A stretch of 64,000 nucleotides of DNA from Nannocystis bainbridge (GCF_028368995.1 NZ_JAQNDL010000003.1:960001-1024000), one strand, 5' to 3'; numbered from the stretch's first letter, positions 40,958-51,179 are shown. Program-made: numbers and translations. Notes: a model not told the origin generated them from the sequence alone.

Positions 40958-42376
40958 TCAAACGGACGGGCGCGGGCGACGACTTTCGAGCTTGGCGGCG
41001 AACAGGTGCTCGGCCGCGGCCGCGATCAGGCGATCGACCGTGCAGTTGGCCTCGTTCGCCTGCGCGATCCCGACGAGGAGAGTCAGCGACAGCGTATGCC
41101 CGTCGTCGGTGGTGATGTCGCCGGCGACCTCCTCGCAGATCTGCTCCGCCAGCGCGGTAGCCCCTGCGGGGTCCGTGCCTGGCAGGAGCAGTGCGAACTG
41201 GTCGCCGGCGTGGCGCGCCAGGACAGCGCCCGGGCGCCCGTACGGCCGCAAGCGCAGGGCGATCTCTCGTAGCAGTCGATCACCCGCGAGATGTCCATAC
41301 GTGTCGTTGATGCTCTTGAAGCGAGCGACGTCCAACAGCACCAGCGAGAGCGGCTGGCCGGAGATCTTGGCGGTCTGCAGCTCGTGTTCGAGATGGTCGA
41401 TGAGGTAACGGCGGTTGTGCAGCCTGGTCAAGCCATCGAGCTGCGTCAGGGGGTCGGCCGGCTCGACGTTCGGCGGTGCGTCGACCACTGTCAGCGCGGT
41501 GTCGCCGATCCGGATGCGATCACCGTCGTGGAGCGGCGCCTCCTGTCTCTGCTGGGCGTTGACGTATGTACCGTTGGTGCTGCCGTTGTCGACCACCCAC
41601 CAGCCATCGGTACGTCTCTCGAATCGCGCATGGTTGCGAGAGGCGGAGCCTCCTCCGAGCACGATGGCGCTTTGCTCGCTGCGTCCGACCGTGATCGGCG
41701 CCGAGGCTGCTTCCAGCCGATGCAGTCGGCCGGCTGTCGCGGCATCCCCCGAGCCGACGATGACGAGGTAGCAATCGCTCGCCTGCGCGCGGCGGCGGCC
41801 CGAGAAGAGGCGACCGGCCCAATCGGCGACGGGGTCGGGCCTGCCCATCGCGTGGCTCTCGACGCCGCCGTCCGACAGCTGCTTCGGGATCGCTATGCAC
41901 TGCCCCGCGAGCGCGCGAGACTCCGCGGCGGCCACGGTGTCGCAGTAATAGACCTGCTCCTTGCATTGCTGGCAGAAGCGGACCGACTCGGCGTCGGTCG
42001 GCGCGAGCGTCTCCCAGCGCTTGGTGCAGGCGAACGTGAAGCGGACCCGCGGGCGCTCCCGCTTGGCGCTGTCGCTGCCACAATTCATGATCACGTCGCG
42101 CAGCAGCAGGTTGGCGTAATCGAACCCGATCTCGCGCCCCAGCTCGATGAATCGCGCGATCACGGCGGGGTCGGCCGCCGGCTGCGAATGGAGGGCGACC
42201 TCGAGGCGCAGCCATTCGGCGCGCGCGGGGTCGCGATCCTCGACGAGCTTCGCATAGGCGAGCCGATCGGCGTCGCCCAGAGACTTGTCGTAGGCCTTGC
42301 GAATGAAGGAGCGCTCGTCTTCGGAGCTCTGGTATTCCGAGATGCGGGACCGCGCCTGTGTCACGGATAAAGGCAT
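40958..42376 (-). CDS. TIGR02996-like N-terminus + Cys motif + FHA + degenerate GGDEF fusion
   Basis: ERSFI..DADRLAYA..DPARAEWLRL; CTKRWETL..VRFCQQC; GR..SRNHA..GSTNGT; FKSINDTYGH with AGDQF. Confidence 0.75.
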   Translation of the reverse strand: MPLSVTQARSRISEYQSSEDERSFIRKAYDKSLGDADRLAYAKLVEDRDPARAEWLRLEVALHSQPAADPAVIARFIELGREIGFDYANLLLRDVIMNCGSDSAKRERPRVRFTFACTKRWETLAPTDAESVRFCQQCKEQVYYCDTVAAAESRALAGQCIAIPKQLSDGGVESHAMGRPDPVADWAGRLFSGRRRAQASDCYLVIVGSGDAATAGRLHRLEAASAPITVGRSEQSAIVLGGGSASRNHARFERRTDGWWVVDNGSTNGTYVNAQQRQEAPLHDGDRIRIGDTALTVVDAPPNVEPADPLTQLDGLTRLHNRRYLIDHLEHELQTAKISGQPLSLVLLDVARFKSINDTYGHLAGDRLLREIALRLRPYGRPGAVLARHAGDQFALLLPGTDPAGATALAEQICEEVAGDITTDDGHTLSLTLLVGIAQANEANCTVDRLIAAAAEHLFAAKLESRRPRPSV

Positions 42377-42698
42377 AGCACACCTGCTTCCGCGGGCGCG
42401 TTCGCGCGGAGGCTATGCAGCCTCGCGCACGCATGTGCGGCGCGAGGCGGAGCGGCGTTCGCCGCGAAAACGCTATCTTGGACGATGGTCAGTTGCACGA
42501 GCGAGCGGGCCCGTCGAGGCCCAGATCACACTCTGGCCCGAGCCTCTCGACCTCGCGGCGGCGTGCCGTGGCGAGCGCGCGTCGGCGGGGGAGCCGGCCC
42601 GTGTCGAGGGCCATGTCCACGAGAACACGAGCGGCTGTTCGCCGAGCATGGCCGGTGTTAGCTTCGGCGCTCCCCCCGAGCCATGAAGCGGCGATCTC

Positions 42699-43214
42699 AT
42701 GAAAGTCGTAGCGAACAAATACTACGTCCCTGCCCTCGAGACCCTGCCCGCAGAGCGGCGGCGCCATTTCCAGAAGCGAATCCTCGCGCTCACGGCGCGC
42801 GCCAAGGCGATCGAGAACGGCGAGGACGAGCCGATGGATCGGGAGGCGCTCGGAGACCTCGCGGACGATGCCGGCGAGTCGCTTTCCATGAGCCTGGGCG
42901 AGTTGCCGGGCCTGCTGGAGGAGTTGTTCGACGAGTCCGTCGATCCGCTCAGCGCCCTGCTCGACGAGGTTCGCGCCGATGCGTGGCCCCCCAGGGCGCA
43001 GGAGGCCCTCTACGCCTGCCCCTATTGGATCACGCTGTGGATCGTCGAGAACAGTCTGTGGGATGACGAGGCGGCGAACACCATGCGTCGGCTGACCAAG
43101 CGCTTCCTCGACAGGCTCGCCAGGGCGCTGCAGCTCGACGCCGCGACGCGCAAAGACATCGAGAGCACCACGCGTGCGCTCCGCAGCGGCGACGACGACG
43201 CAGACGACGACTGA
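42699..43214 (+). CDS. Hypothetical acidic helical protein
   Basis: Plausible composition and codon usage; no recognisable motif. Confidence 0.55.
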   Translation: MKVVANKYYVPALETLPAERRRHFQKRILALTARAKAIENGEDEPMDREALGDLADDAGESLSMSLGELPGLLEELFDESVDPLSALLDEVRADAWPPRAQEALYACPYWITLWIVENSLWDDEAANTMRRLTKRFLDRLARALQLDAATRKDIESTTRALRSGDDDADDD

Positions 43215-43215
43215 C

Positions 43216-45828
43216 CTACCCCCGCGGTTCGCTTCGCTCGCTCGCCGTCGGCGTCGGCAGCTCGCTCGCCGGCACCTTCTCGCCCGCGACGATCTGCGCG
43301 AAGATCTCCGCCTGCACCCGATGCAGCTCCCACGAGCGCTCGAGCACCCACAGCAGCTCGAGCAGCTCCTGCGTCATCGCCTCCGACCAAACGATGGGCC
43401 GCACGGCGTCGAGCGGTGACGACGTGCGGCCGCGCGGCTCCAGCATGCGCCCCGCCAGCCACGACGACACCACCTTCAATCCCGACACCTCGTAGCCCCA
43501 GATCTCCGCGGCCACCGGCGCGAATCGACCGCTGCCGACGCTCAGCACCCCGGCCGTCCACGAGCTCTTCGCCGGCACCTCGCGCACCGGCGCCACGCAC
43601 CGCGCTGCCCCTGCCGTGGGCACTGCGCGAAACGTGTGGAGCCCCAGCAGCTCCGCCCCGACCGCCGCGCAGCGGGAGAACAGCCGCTCGTCCCGCGTGA
43701 GCGGCACCCGCGGCCCCGGCTCCGCCACCTCCTCCGCCAGCGCATCCACATACCCGGGGTGCCCCAGGCAGCCGTAGACGTACGCGAACAGCTCCTCCGC
43801 CGCCACTGTCCGCGAGAACATGTCCCCAAGAACATCCAGCAAACCACGCGTCACGTTGGCCTGCCGCGCCATCGCATCGCGCCACAGCGGGATCACCCCC
43901 TTGTCGCCGAACGACCCGCGGAAGTGATGAAGGTCCGGCACCTCCGCGCAGCCCATCACCGCCGGCCCGCGCGACAACCCGCTCGACAGCAGCGTCGTCA
44001 GGTACAGCTGAGACGGCCCGTGCGCGCGCCACAGCGCCGGCCGCAGGCGATCGCCGAGGCGCGCGTCGGCGAGGCACCAGCGGCGATCGAGCGAGCGCCA
44101 GGAGATCCGCGCGACCCGTGGCATCGGCGCGTCGACCGGCAGCGACGCCAGCGGCGGCAACGGCGAGCCATCCAGGAGGTCGGCCCCCGGCCGCGCGATC
44201 GTCCACGCCTCCGACTCGCGGAACGCCGCCGCGCGATCCTCCGCCCGCAGCAACCCCCGCCAGCGCCGCTCCAGCACCTCCGGCGTCACCGCGATCGGCC
44301 ACGTCCGCTTCCACTGCGCCCCCGCGTGCTGCCACGGGAACAGATCGATCAATCGCGGCCAATCACCATGGTCCCCGGAGGCCCCCGGCACCAGCGGCGC
44401 CTCCCATGCATCGGCGGCGCGCGCCCATTCGAGTGAGTGCCACGATTGCAGCGCCCCGAGCGCGAGCAACTTCTCTTCACGCTGCTGCGAATCGGCGAGC
44501 CGCGCATACCACAGCACCGCCGCCCGTGATCGCTGAATCTCCGCCCTCCGCAACCCCACCGCGATACAGACCGGCGTGCGCACCCCTTTAAAAACATTCG
44601 CGGAGCGACGCGGGCCGAGAGCGTCGCCGCCGAGGTCGAGGATCCACAGCGCGTCGAGCACCTCGCGCAGATGGCGGCGCATCGCCGCGAAGCCTGGCCC
44701 GCGCAGGTAGCTCGACGGTGTGATCAGACAGACGATCCCCGGCCCATCCTGCTCGCAGCTCCACCAAAGCGCCCAGCGCCAGAAATAGACATACGCATTA
44801 TACAGATTCTTCGCGTGTCTGCCGAGAGCCCCCTCCGGCAAGAAATCACCGAGCAGCGCCCGCTCGCCGCGCCCGGGATCGCCGTGGCGGATCCACCCGC
44901 CGCGATCGTCCTCCGTCAATTCGCGCCGGTCGTACGGCGGATTGCCGATGCACACCCGGATCTGCCCCGCGTCCGTCGCCTCGAGCTGCGGGCGCGCCAG
45001 CGTGTCGCGCAACATCACCCGCGAAGCCTGCACGCGCCCGCCCGCGTCACGCAGCGCCCGCGTCACGCGAGCATGCGCCGCCGCGTGCGGCCCCGCGAGC
45101 ACCTCGTGGGCCACGAGGCTCTCGCCGAGGCGGGTCATGCACGCTTCGACATCGCCGCCGCCAGCTCGCGCTGTTCGCAGCGCGTCGTCGACGATCGCCA
45201 GCGGATACACCCCGGTGCCGCACGCCGGATCGATCACTGTCACGTTCGGCGCCGCGAACCCGAGCGGCGCCGCCAGCTCGCGCTGCAGCAGCTCGCGCAC
45301 TGCCACGATCTGTGCGTGCACCACCTCCGCCGGCGTGTAGTAGGCCCCCGCCTCGCGCCGCAGCCGCGCGTCGTACGCCGCCAGGAACTCCTCGTAAAAG
45401 TAAGTCCCCTCGCCCTCGCGCAGCCCCGCCAGCGACGCATCCTCGATCGCCGCCACCGTCGCCTCGAGCTCGTCCAGCGCTGCGCCGATCTCCCCGCGAT
45501 GCTCCGCCGCCGCTCGCATCGCCCGCAGCAGCGGACCCGGCGTCTCCCCCAGGCGCGTGCACGCCCCCGCCACCTCCGCCCGCGCCTCCGGGTGCGCGAG
45601 CCGATCGCTCCACAGCCCGTACGTGATCGTCTGCGCCAGCGCCTCGGCGAACTCCGCTTCGCCCCCGCGGGTCGCTGGCGACCACGCGTCCGCGAGCGTG
45701 CGCAGGCGCGAGCCGGGCGCTGTCACGGCCGCGAGCAGCGCGTCGCGCAGGGTTCGGCAGCTCGCGGCCAGTCGCGCCGCTACCTCGCGCGAGCTCTTCG
45801 GGGCCTGCCTCCGCACGCGCGGAAACAT
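43216..45828 (-). CDS. Type ISP/IIG-like N6-adenine DNA methyltransferase with C-terminal specificity domain
   Basis: YFYEEFLAAYD..GAYYTP, IDPACGTG, IGNPPY, KNLYNAYVYFWRWA, RLRPALW. Confidence 0.85.
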   Translation of the reverse strand: MFPRVRRQAPKSSREVAARLAASCRTLRDALLAAVTAPGSRLRTLADAWSPATRGGEAEFAEALAQTITYGLWSDRLAHPEARAEVAGACTRLGETPGPLLRAMRAAAEHRGEIGAALDELEATVAAIEDASLAGLREGEGTYFYEEFLAAYDARLRREAGAYYTPAEVVHAQIVAVRELLQRELAAPLGFAAPNVTVIDPACGTGVYPLAIVDDALRTARAGGGDVEACMTRLGESLVAHEVLAGPHAAAHARVTRALRDAGGRVQASRVMLRDTLARPQLEATDAGQIRVCIGNPPYDRRELTEDDRGGWIRHGDPGRGERALLGDFLPEGALGRHAKNLYNAYVYFWRWALWWSCEQDGPGIVCLITPSSYLRGPGFAAMRRHLREVLDALWILDLGGDALGPRRSANVFKGVRTPVCIAVGLRRAEIQRSRAAVLWYARLADSQQREEKLLALGALQSWHSLEWARAADAWEAPLVPGASGDHGDWPRLIDLFPWQHAGAQWKRTWPIAVTPEVLERRWRGLLRAEDRAAAFRESEAWTIARPGADLLDGSPLPPLASLPVDAPMPRVARISWRSLDRRWCLADARLGDRLRPALWRAHGPSQLYLTTLLSSGLSRGPAVMGCAEVPDLHHFRGSFGDKGVIPLWRDAMARQANVTRGLLDVLGDMFSRTVAAEELFAYVYGCLGHPGYVDALAEEVAEPGPRVPLTRDERLFSRCAAVGAELLGLHTFRAVPTAGAARCVAPVREVPAKSSWTAGVLSVGSGRFAPVAAEIWGYEVSGLKVVSSWLAGRMLEPRGRTSSPLDAVRPIVWSEAMTQELLELLWVLERSWELHRVQAEIFAQIVAGEKVPASELPTPTASERSEPRG

Positions 45829-45939
45829 AGCAGAGCAACATCGCGCGCGGTCGTCGGCCCGCGCGGACGGCGGCGCGGCGAGTGCGTGCATTTGTCCCCG
45901 CGGGAGCGCCGGCCCGCGGTGATATCCTCCTGGCGGCTC

Positions 45940-48900
45940 ATGCTTCATATCGCCGTCGAACGCGAGGGACAGCCGCGCAAAGAGCTCCGCTTCGCCAAGG
46001 ACGTGGTCGTCGTCGGCCGCGAGGCCGAGCACGATCTCCAGCTCAACTTCGAGGACGGCGCCTCGCGCCAGCACGCCCGCTTGAGCCACGAGCGCGGCCA
46101 GCACTTCGTCGAGGACCTCGGCTCGCGCAACGGCACCAAGGTCAACGGCAAGCGGATCGCCGCCAAGACCCCGCTCAAGCCCGGCGACGAGGTCGAGGTC
46201 GGCAAGGTCAAGATCTACCTGGTCGGAGAGACAGGTGCAGCCGGTGGCCGCGGCACCGCGCGGGTCCAGCCGCGCGGCGCCGACGACGACCAGACCGTCC
46301 AGCGCCCGGCCAAGGCCAAGGCGGCCGCGCCCGAACCTGCCCCGAAGGCCAGGCCCGCTCCCGAGCCCGCCAAGCCCGTCGCCAAGCCCGTCGCCAAGGC
46401 CTCGCGGCCGGCGCCCGATCCCGAGGCTGTCGCGCAGGACACCAGCATCCGCGTCAACCTGCGCCAGCCCGAGCCCGAGCCCGCGGCCGCGCCCGAGCCC
46501 GAGGGCAAGCCCACCGGCCCGGTCAACGACGAGAACGAGGCGTGCCGCAGCCAGATCGATCCGCTGGCCCGGCGCTGGCGCGACCTCGGCAAGCCCGAGG
46601 GGCTGCTCCTCCACGGCCCGCTGCTCAAGCGCGGCCTCACCTGGGCGGCCAGCGACCGCAAGCTGCGGCCGCGCCCGTCCGAGCTGCACCGCGAGTTCAT
46701 CTACGCCAGCCGCGGCGATCGTCGCCACCGGATCCGCGACGTCGGCCTGCGCGCCGGGGCGCTGACGATCGCGCTGGTCGGCGGCAACGTGGCGGCCCAC
46801 GTGCTCCACGACGACCTCGAGCTCAAGGACGCCGCCGCCGGTCGCGAGGCTGGTGCGGGCCAGTGCACGCCCGACAACCCGGCCGTGCAGCGGGCCAACC
46901 TCCTGGCCCAAAAGGCAGCCGAGCAGACCGACCTCGAGCTGGCGATCCTCGCCGGCACGCGGGCCGTCAGCGCCGCCGACGGCCCGTGCGCGCGTCAGTC
47001 CGACGCCGAGCGGGCGCTGCGGATCGCCCTCTCGCGCCAGCGCAGCCGCGTCATCGGTCGCGGCAACGCGCCGATCCGCGACGCAAACGTCGGCCGCGAC
47101 GAGCGTGACGTCGTCACCGTCGACGACACCGGCGCCGTCGTCCTTTACGACCGCACCGGCGCCTCGCAGCCGAAGACCTTGCCCTCGAGCAGCGGCGCCG
47201 GCAAGGTCGCCGCGCTCGGCCCCGAGGGTCGCTGGCTGGCCGTCGGGACAGCCAAGGGCGTCGTCGACCTGTGGGACCTCGCGCAGCGCACCGCGCCCAA
47301 GCTGACCCGGCAGCTCGAGAGTCACCGCGACCCTGTCACTGCGATCGCCTTCAGCGAGGACGGCCGGTTCTTCGCCACCGGTGACCGCCGCGGCAACGTC
47401 ACCGTGTGGGACATGCGAGGCACCGACGCCGGCGCCAAGCTCGGCGAGCTGCGGCAGCACAGCGGCGCCATCGAGCAGCTGGTGTTCCGCGACGGCGGCA
47501 GCCGCCTCTACTCGTTCGGCGGCAAGCAGGCGGTCGCCACCGACCTGCAGGACGGGCGCAAGAAGGGCAAGCAGCTCAACCTCGCCATCGGCGGCGACGC
47601 CACCGCGTTCGCGGTCAACGGCGAGGGCGACGAGGTCGTGGTCGGCGACAGCATCGGCCAGGTCGTGCGCTGGCGGGTCCGCACCCTCGCGCGCGCCCAG
47701 CAGGACGCGCTCGCCAGCCACACCGGCGCCGTCGTCGACCTCTCGTTCCTCCCCGGCGCGCGGGCCGTCCTGTCCCTCGGGACAGACAAGCAGCTCATCG
47801 TCACCGAGCTCGATCAGATGATGCGCGAGGGCAGCGAGCCGCTGCGCGTCGGCCTGCGCGGGCTGCAGTCCGAGCCCAAGGCCCTGGCCGCCGACCCGAC
47901 CGGGCGCCGGATCGCCGTCGCCGCTCAGGACCACAAGATCTACGTGTGGGATGCCGCCCAGCGTCACACCTCGGCCCAGCCGGTGGTCGTGTTCGACGAG
48001 CACGTCGACACCATCGAGTCGGTGCTGCCGAGCTACGACGGCAACTCGCTGCTGTCCGCCTCGGCCGACGGCACCTTGCGTCTGTGGCCGCTGCAGAACG
48101 CCGAGGCTGGCGGCGCGCTCGCGGTCCTCAGCGATCACCGCGGCCCGATCACCGGTTTGGGCCTCAGCAGCGACGGCGGCCGCATGGCCTCGCTCGGCCA
48201 GGACAAGGCCTTCCGCGCCTGGCGGCTCGACGCTCGTGGCGCCCCGCGGCGGATCCTCGAACGCACCTTCGAGCAGGCCCCGCAGGCTCTGGCCGTCAGC
48301 CCTGATGGTTTGTGGGCGGCCGTCGGCGTCGAGCGTCAGCTGCTCATCTACAACCTCGGCGCCAACGAGCGCGAGCCCAAGCCGATCGAGCGCGCCCAGC
48401 ACGACGACCTCATCAGCCACGTCGCCTTCAGCCCGGACAACCGCTGGCTGGTCAGCGCCGACTTCTCCGGCGCCATCAACACCTGGCCGATGAAGAGCGA
48501 CGGCCCCGAGGACAGCCCGGCCCGCAAGGTCGCGCTCGGCCGCTCCGTCACCGCGCTGGCGCTGGCGCCCAGCAGCCCCTACTTCGCGGTCGCCGCGGCC
48601 GACAACCGGGTCACGCTGTGGCCGATGACCGGCAACGGCGGCGAGCAGCAGGTCGTGCAGCACGAGAAGTCGGTGCTGTCGCTGACCTTCAGCGGCGGCG
48701 GCGACCTGCTGGTCTCGACCAGCGACGACGCGCGCGCGATCCTCCGCACCGTCGACAAGGGCAAGACCGCCGAGCTGTCCGAGCGCTCGGCCGTCGCCCA
48801 CGACTCGCGCGTGCGCGCGGCGGCGTTCAGCCCCGACAAGCGGTGGCTCGCCACCGGCAGCGACGACGGCGTCATCAACATGACCGACCTCAAGAACATG

Positions 48901-49278
48901 ACCGAGCGGAGCAAGCCGCTGAAGGGTCACGAGACGGCCATCACCGGCCTGTTCTTCGAGCCAGGCAGCGAGCTCCTGGTGTCCGCCAGCGCCGACAAGA
49001 CCTTGCGGCTGTGGCTCGTCGACGACCTCAGCCGCGGCGGCGAGGTGCGATCGATCCCCCTCAGCGGCCACACCGGTCCCGTCAGCGCCATGCGCGTCGA
49101 CGGCAGCGGTCGCCTCCTCGTCAGCGGCGGCGCCGACGGGGCCCTGCGCGTCTGGCCGCTCAAGCAGGACCTGCTGATCGCGCTGGCCTGCCGCACCGTC
49201 GGCCGCGACTTCAGCGACGACGAGTGGAGCACGCTCTACCCGGGCGAGCCGGTCGAGCCGCTGTGCGAGGGCAAGTAG
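45940..49278 (+). CDS. FHA + Pro-rich linker + helical segment + weak TM + long WD40 repeat protein
   Basis: GR..SRQHA..DLGSRNGT; more than 10 WD-type repeats; ends LACRTVGRDFSDDEW. Confidence 0.85.
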   Translation: MLHIAVEREGQPRKELRFAKDVVVVGREAEHDLQLNFEDGASRQHARLSHERGQHFVEDLGSRNGTKVNGKRIAAKTPLKPGDEVEVGKVKIYLVGETGAAGGRGTARVQPRGADDDQTVQRPAKAKAAAPEPAPKARPAPEPAKPVAKPVAKASRPAPDPEAVAQDTSIRVNLRQPEPEPAAAPEPEGKPTGPVNDENEACRSQIDPLARRWRDLGKPEGLLLHGPLLKRGLTWAASDRKLRPRPSELHREFIYASRGDRRHRIRDVGLRAGALTIALVGGNVAAHVLHDDLELKDAAAGREAGAGQCTPDNPAVQRANLLAQKAAEQTDLELAILAGTRAVSAADGPCARQSDAERALRIALSRQRSRVIGRGNAPIRDANVGRDERDVVTVDDTGAVVLYDRTGASQPKTLPSSSGAGKVAALGPEGRWLAVGTAKGVVDLWDLAQRTAPKLTRQLESHRDPVTAIAFSEDGRFFATGDRRGNVTVWDMRGTDAGAKLGELRQHSGAIEQLVFRDGGSRLYSFGGKQAVATDLQDGRKKGKQLNLAIGGDATAFAVNGEGDEVVVGDSIGQVVRWRVRTLARAQQDALASHTGAVVDLSFLPGARAVLSLGTDKQLIVTELDQMMREGSEPLRVGLRGLQSEPKALAADPTGRRIAVAAQDHKIYVWDAAQRHTSAQPVVVFDEHVDTIESVLPSYDGNSLLSASADGTLRLWPLQNAEAGGALAVLSDHRGPITGLGLSSDGGRMASLGQDKAFRAWRLDARGAPRRILERTFEQAPQALAVSPDGLWAAVGVERQLLIYNLGANEREPKPIERAQHDDLISHVAFSPDNRWLVSADFSGAINTWPMKSDGPEDSPARKVALGRSVTALALAPSSPYFAVAAADNRVTLWPMTGNGGEQQVVQHEKSVLSLTFSGGGDLLVSTSDDARAILRTVDKGKTAELSERSAVAHDSRVRAAAFSPDKRWLATGSDDGVINMTDLKNMTERSKPLKGHETAITGLFFEPGSELLVSASADKTLRLWLVDDLSRGGEVRSIPLSGHTGPVSAMRVDGSGRLLVSGGADGALRVWPLKQDLLIALACRTVGRDFSDDEWSTLYPGEPVEPLCEGK

Positions 49279-49302
49279 GCCCGGGCGGCGCTCCACGCGA
49301 CA

Positions 49303-49395
49303 CGCTATGTCCTCGATGACATGTCCCTATCGACATGTCGTCGAAGACATTTGCTAACAGACATGTCTTCGAGGGCATGTCCGAAAGACACTGCC
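49303..49395. repeat. 14-bp palindrome array
   Basis: Cores at 49306, 49320, 49334, 49348, 49362, 49376; convergent gap. Confidence 0.85.
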
Positions 49396-49447
49396 TGCAC
49401 GCTCCGCCCGCTCGCGCGGCGTCACCGCTGCTGCGGGCGACGCGGCG

Positions 49448-51169
49448 TCACTTCGCGTTGCTGCACGCCGTGTCGTTCGGGTCGCACTTGAAGCGGACGT
49501 GGATGTGGTGAATATGCCCGTCCGAGTGCATCACCAGCGCCGGCGCGCCCTTCGGCCGCGGCCACTGGATCAGCTTCTTCAGCTCGGCCGCGCTCTCGCC
49601 CTCGGCGATCGCCGCCTTGTGCAGCTCTTCTTGCAGCCAGTGCGACAGGAAGATCTCCTGGATCGCCCCGGTCGAGTTCAGCGCGCGGATGAACCGCCAC
49701 GTCGTCCGCCAGTCGACCTCTTCGGGCTCCGGGCGGCAGCTCGTCGTGCTGCAGTTCTTGCAACCGTCGAGGTAGCGCTTGCGTTTGACCTGCAGCCAGA
49801 TGTCGGCGTCGCGGCCGGACTGGTGCGACTTGTGACGGCCGTAGCCGCCGCCGTCCTTGAGCGACAGGTCGGCGATCATCACCTGGTTGCTGAAGCCCTG
49901 GGCGCGGAACTCGGAGACCCCGCGCAGCAGCTGCGACAGCGTGTGGTTGGTCGCGTAGGCGTGCGAGGCGCAGCGGACATCGGCCAGCGGCGAAGGCAGC
50001 AGCTGCACCGGATTGACGAGCGTCCCGCTGGTCACGCCGCCGACCGAGCTCGCGCCCGTGGGGACGATGAAGATCGGCAGGTCGTCGGGGTTCGGCGACT
50101 TCGCCCCGAACGCACCGGCGTCGATCCACAGCGTCAGCTCCTCGCCGCCCTTGAGCCGGTCGGGCACCTTCGGGTTGAACTGGCGCAGCTTGTCGACGCT
50201 CGTGCTGTACAGGTTGGCGACCGCCAGCCAGTCCTCGCCCTCGCCGACCGTGTAGTACTCCTGGACCAGCGGCGGCCGCGGCGGACGCGTCGTCCGCACC
50301 TTGAGCTTCATGTCCGTCAGCAGCGTCGTCACCCCGCCGTTCCACTGCTGCAGCAGCACCGGCGACACCTCGTAGTAGCGGGCGATGTCCTCGAGCGTCT
50401 CGCTCGGGCTGACCTGGTGCTCGATCCACTCCTCGCGCGCCGTCGGCCCCGAAGGACCTGTCCTTTCGGCCACCTGATCGTCGATGCTCGTCGGCGTCGG
50501 CGTCGGCTCCGGCTCGGGCTCGGTCGCCGCGGGTCGGTTGAACAGGAAGATCGCCAGCGCCCCGAGCAGCACGCCGCCGGTCGTGAACTGCAGCGCCCGG
50601 CGGATCATGTGCGCCCGCATGCTCGCGCCGACGAACTCGCGCAGCAGCGGCTCGGCCTCGACCTCGGCCCGCTGCGCCGGCACGGCCATCCAGCCCTCGG
50701 CCAGCCCCAGGTCGCGGCCGTGCAACAGCAACCGGCGCGCCCGCCCGTGGTCGACCCACTCGCGGGCGTAGCGAGCCAGCCGCCGCTGCTCGACGGCCCG
50801 CTGCTCGTCCTCGCCGCGGGCCAGCGCGACCGGCTCGAACTTCAGCTTCTGCTCGAGCTTGCGGTCGCGGTCGTCGTCGGCGATCTCGAGCACGTAGGCG
50901 CCGATGCTGAGGCGATCGCCGGCGCGGAACTCGGTCGGCTCGCTGCAGCGGCGCGAGTTGACGTAGGTGCCGTTGCGCGAGCCACGGTCGGTGACGATGA
51001 GCTTGTCACCCTTGAAGGAGATCCGGCAGTGCTTGCTGGACACGCCGTGGCCGCCGAGGACCAGGGTGGAGTCGACGCTGCTGCCGACCTGCATCTCCGG
51101 GCCCTTGAACGCGACCCGGCGCTCGTCGCCGTCCGGGGATATGACCTTGAAGACAGGTCCGTCAGCCAC
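49448..51169 (-). CDS. FHA + TM + 2x LysM + MepA-like (penicillin-insensitive murein endopeptidase) protein
   Basis: SSKHC..DRGSRNGT; HQVSPSETLEDIARYY and YTVGEGEDWLAVA LysM-like; HKSHQSGRDADI, HIHHIHVR. Confidence 0.8.
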   Translation of the reverse strand: MADGPVFKVISPDGDERRVAFKGPEMQVGSSVDSTLVLGGHGVSSKHCRISFKGDKLIVTDRGSRNGTYVNSRRCSEPTEFRAGDRLSIGAYVLEIADDDRDRKLEQKLKFEPVALARGEDEQRAVEQRRLARYAREWVDHGRARRLLLHGRDLGLAEGWMAVPAQRAEVEAEPLLREFVGASMRAHMIRRALQFTTGGVLLGALAIFLFNRPAATEPEPEPTPTPTSIDDQVAERTGPSGPTAREEWIEHQVSPSETLEDIARYYEVSPVLLQQWNGGVTTLLTDMKLKVRTTRPPRPPLVQEYYTVGEGEDWLAVANLYSTSVDKLRQFNPKVPDRLKGGEELTLWIDAGAFGAKSPNPDDLPIFIVPTGASSVGGVTSGTLVNPVQLLPSPLADVRCASHAYATNHTLSQLLRGVSEFRAQGFSNQVMIADLSLKDGGGYGRHKSHQSGRDADIWLQVKRKRYLDGCKNCSTTSCRPEPEEVDWRTTWRFIRALNSTGAIQEIFLSHWLQEELHKAAIAEGESAAELKKLIQWPRPKGAPALVMHSDGHIHHIHVRFKCDPNDTACSNAK

Positions 51170-51179
51170 GGTGTCCTCC

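Noticed and set aside
43216-49296. 2026-aa minus-strand ORF as one giant protein
   Set aside because: The first ~1150 codons are the antisense shadow of the FHA-WD40 gene; only 43216-45828 has methyltransferase motifs.
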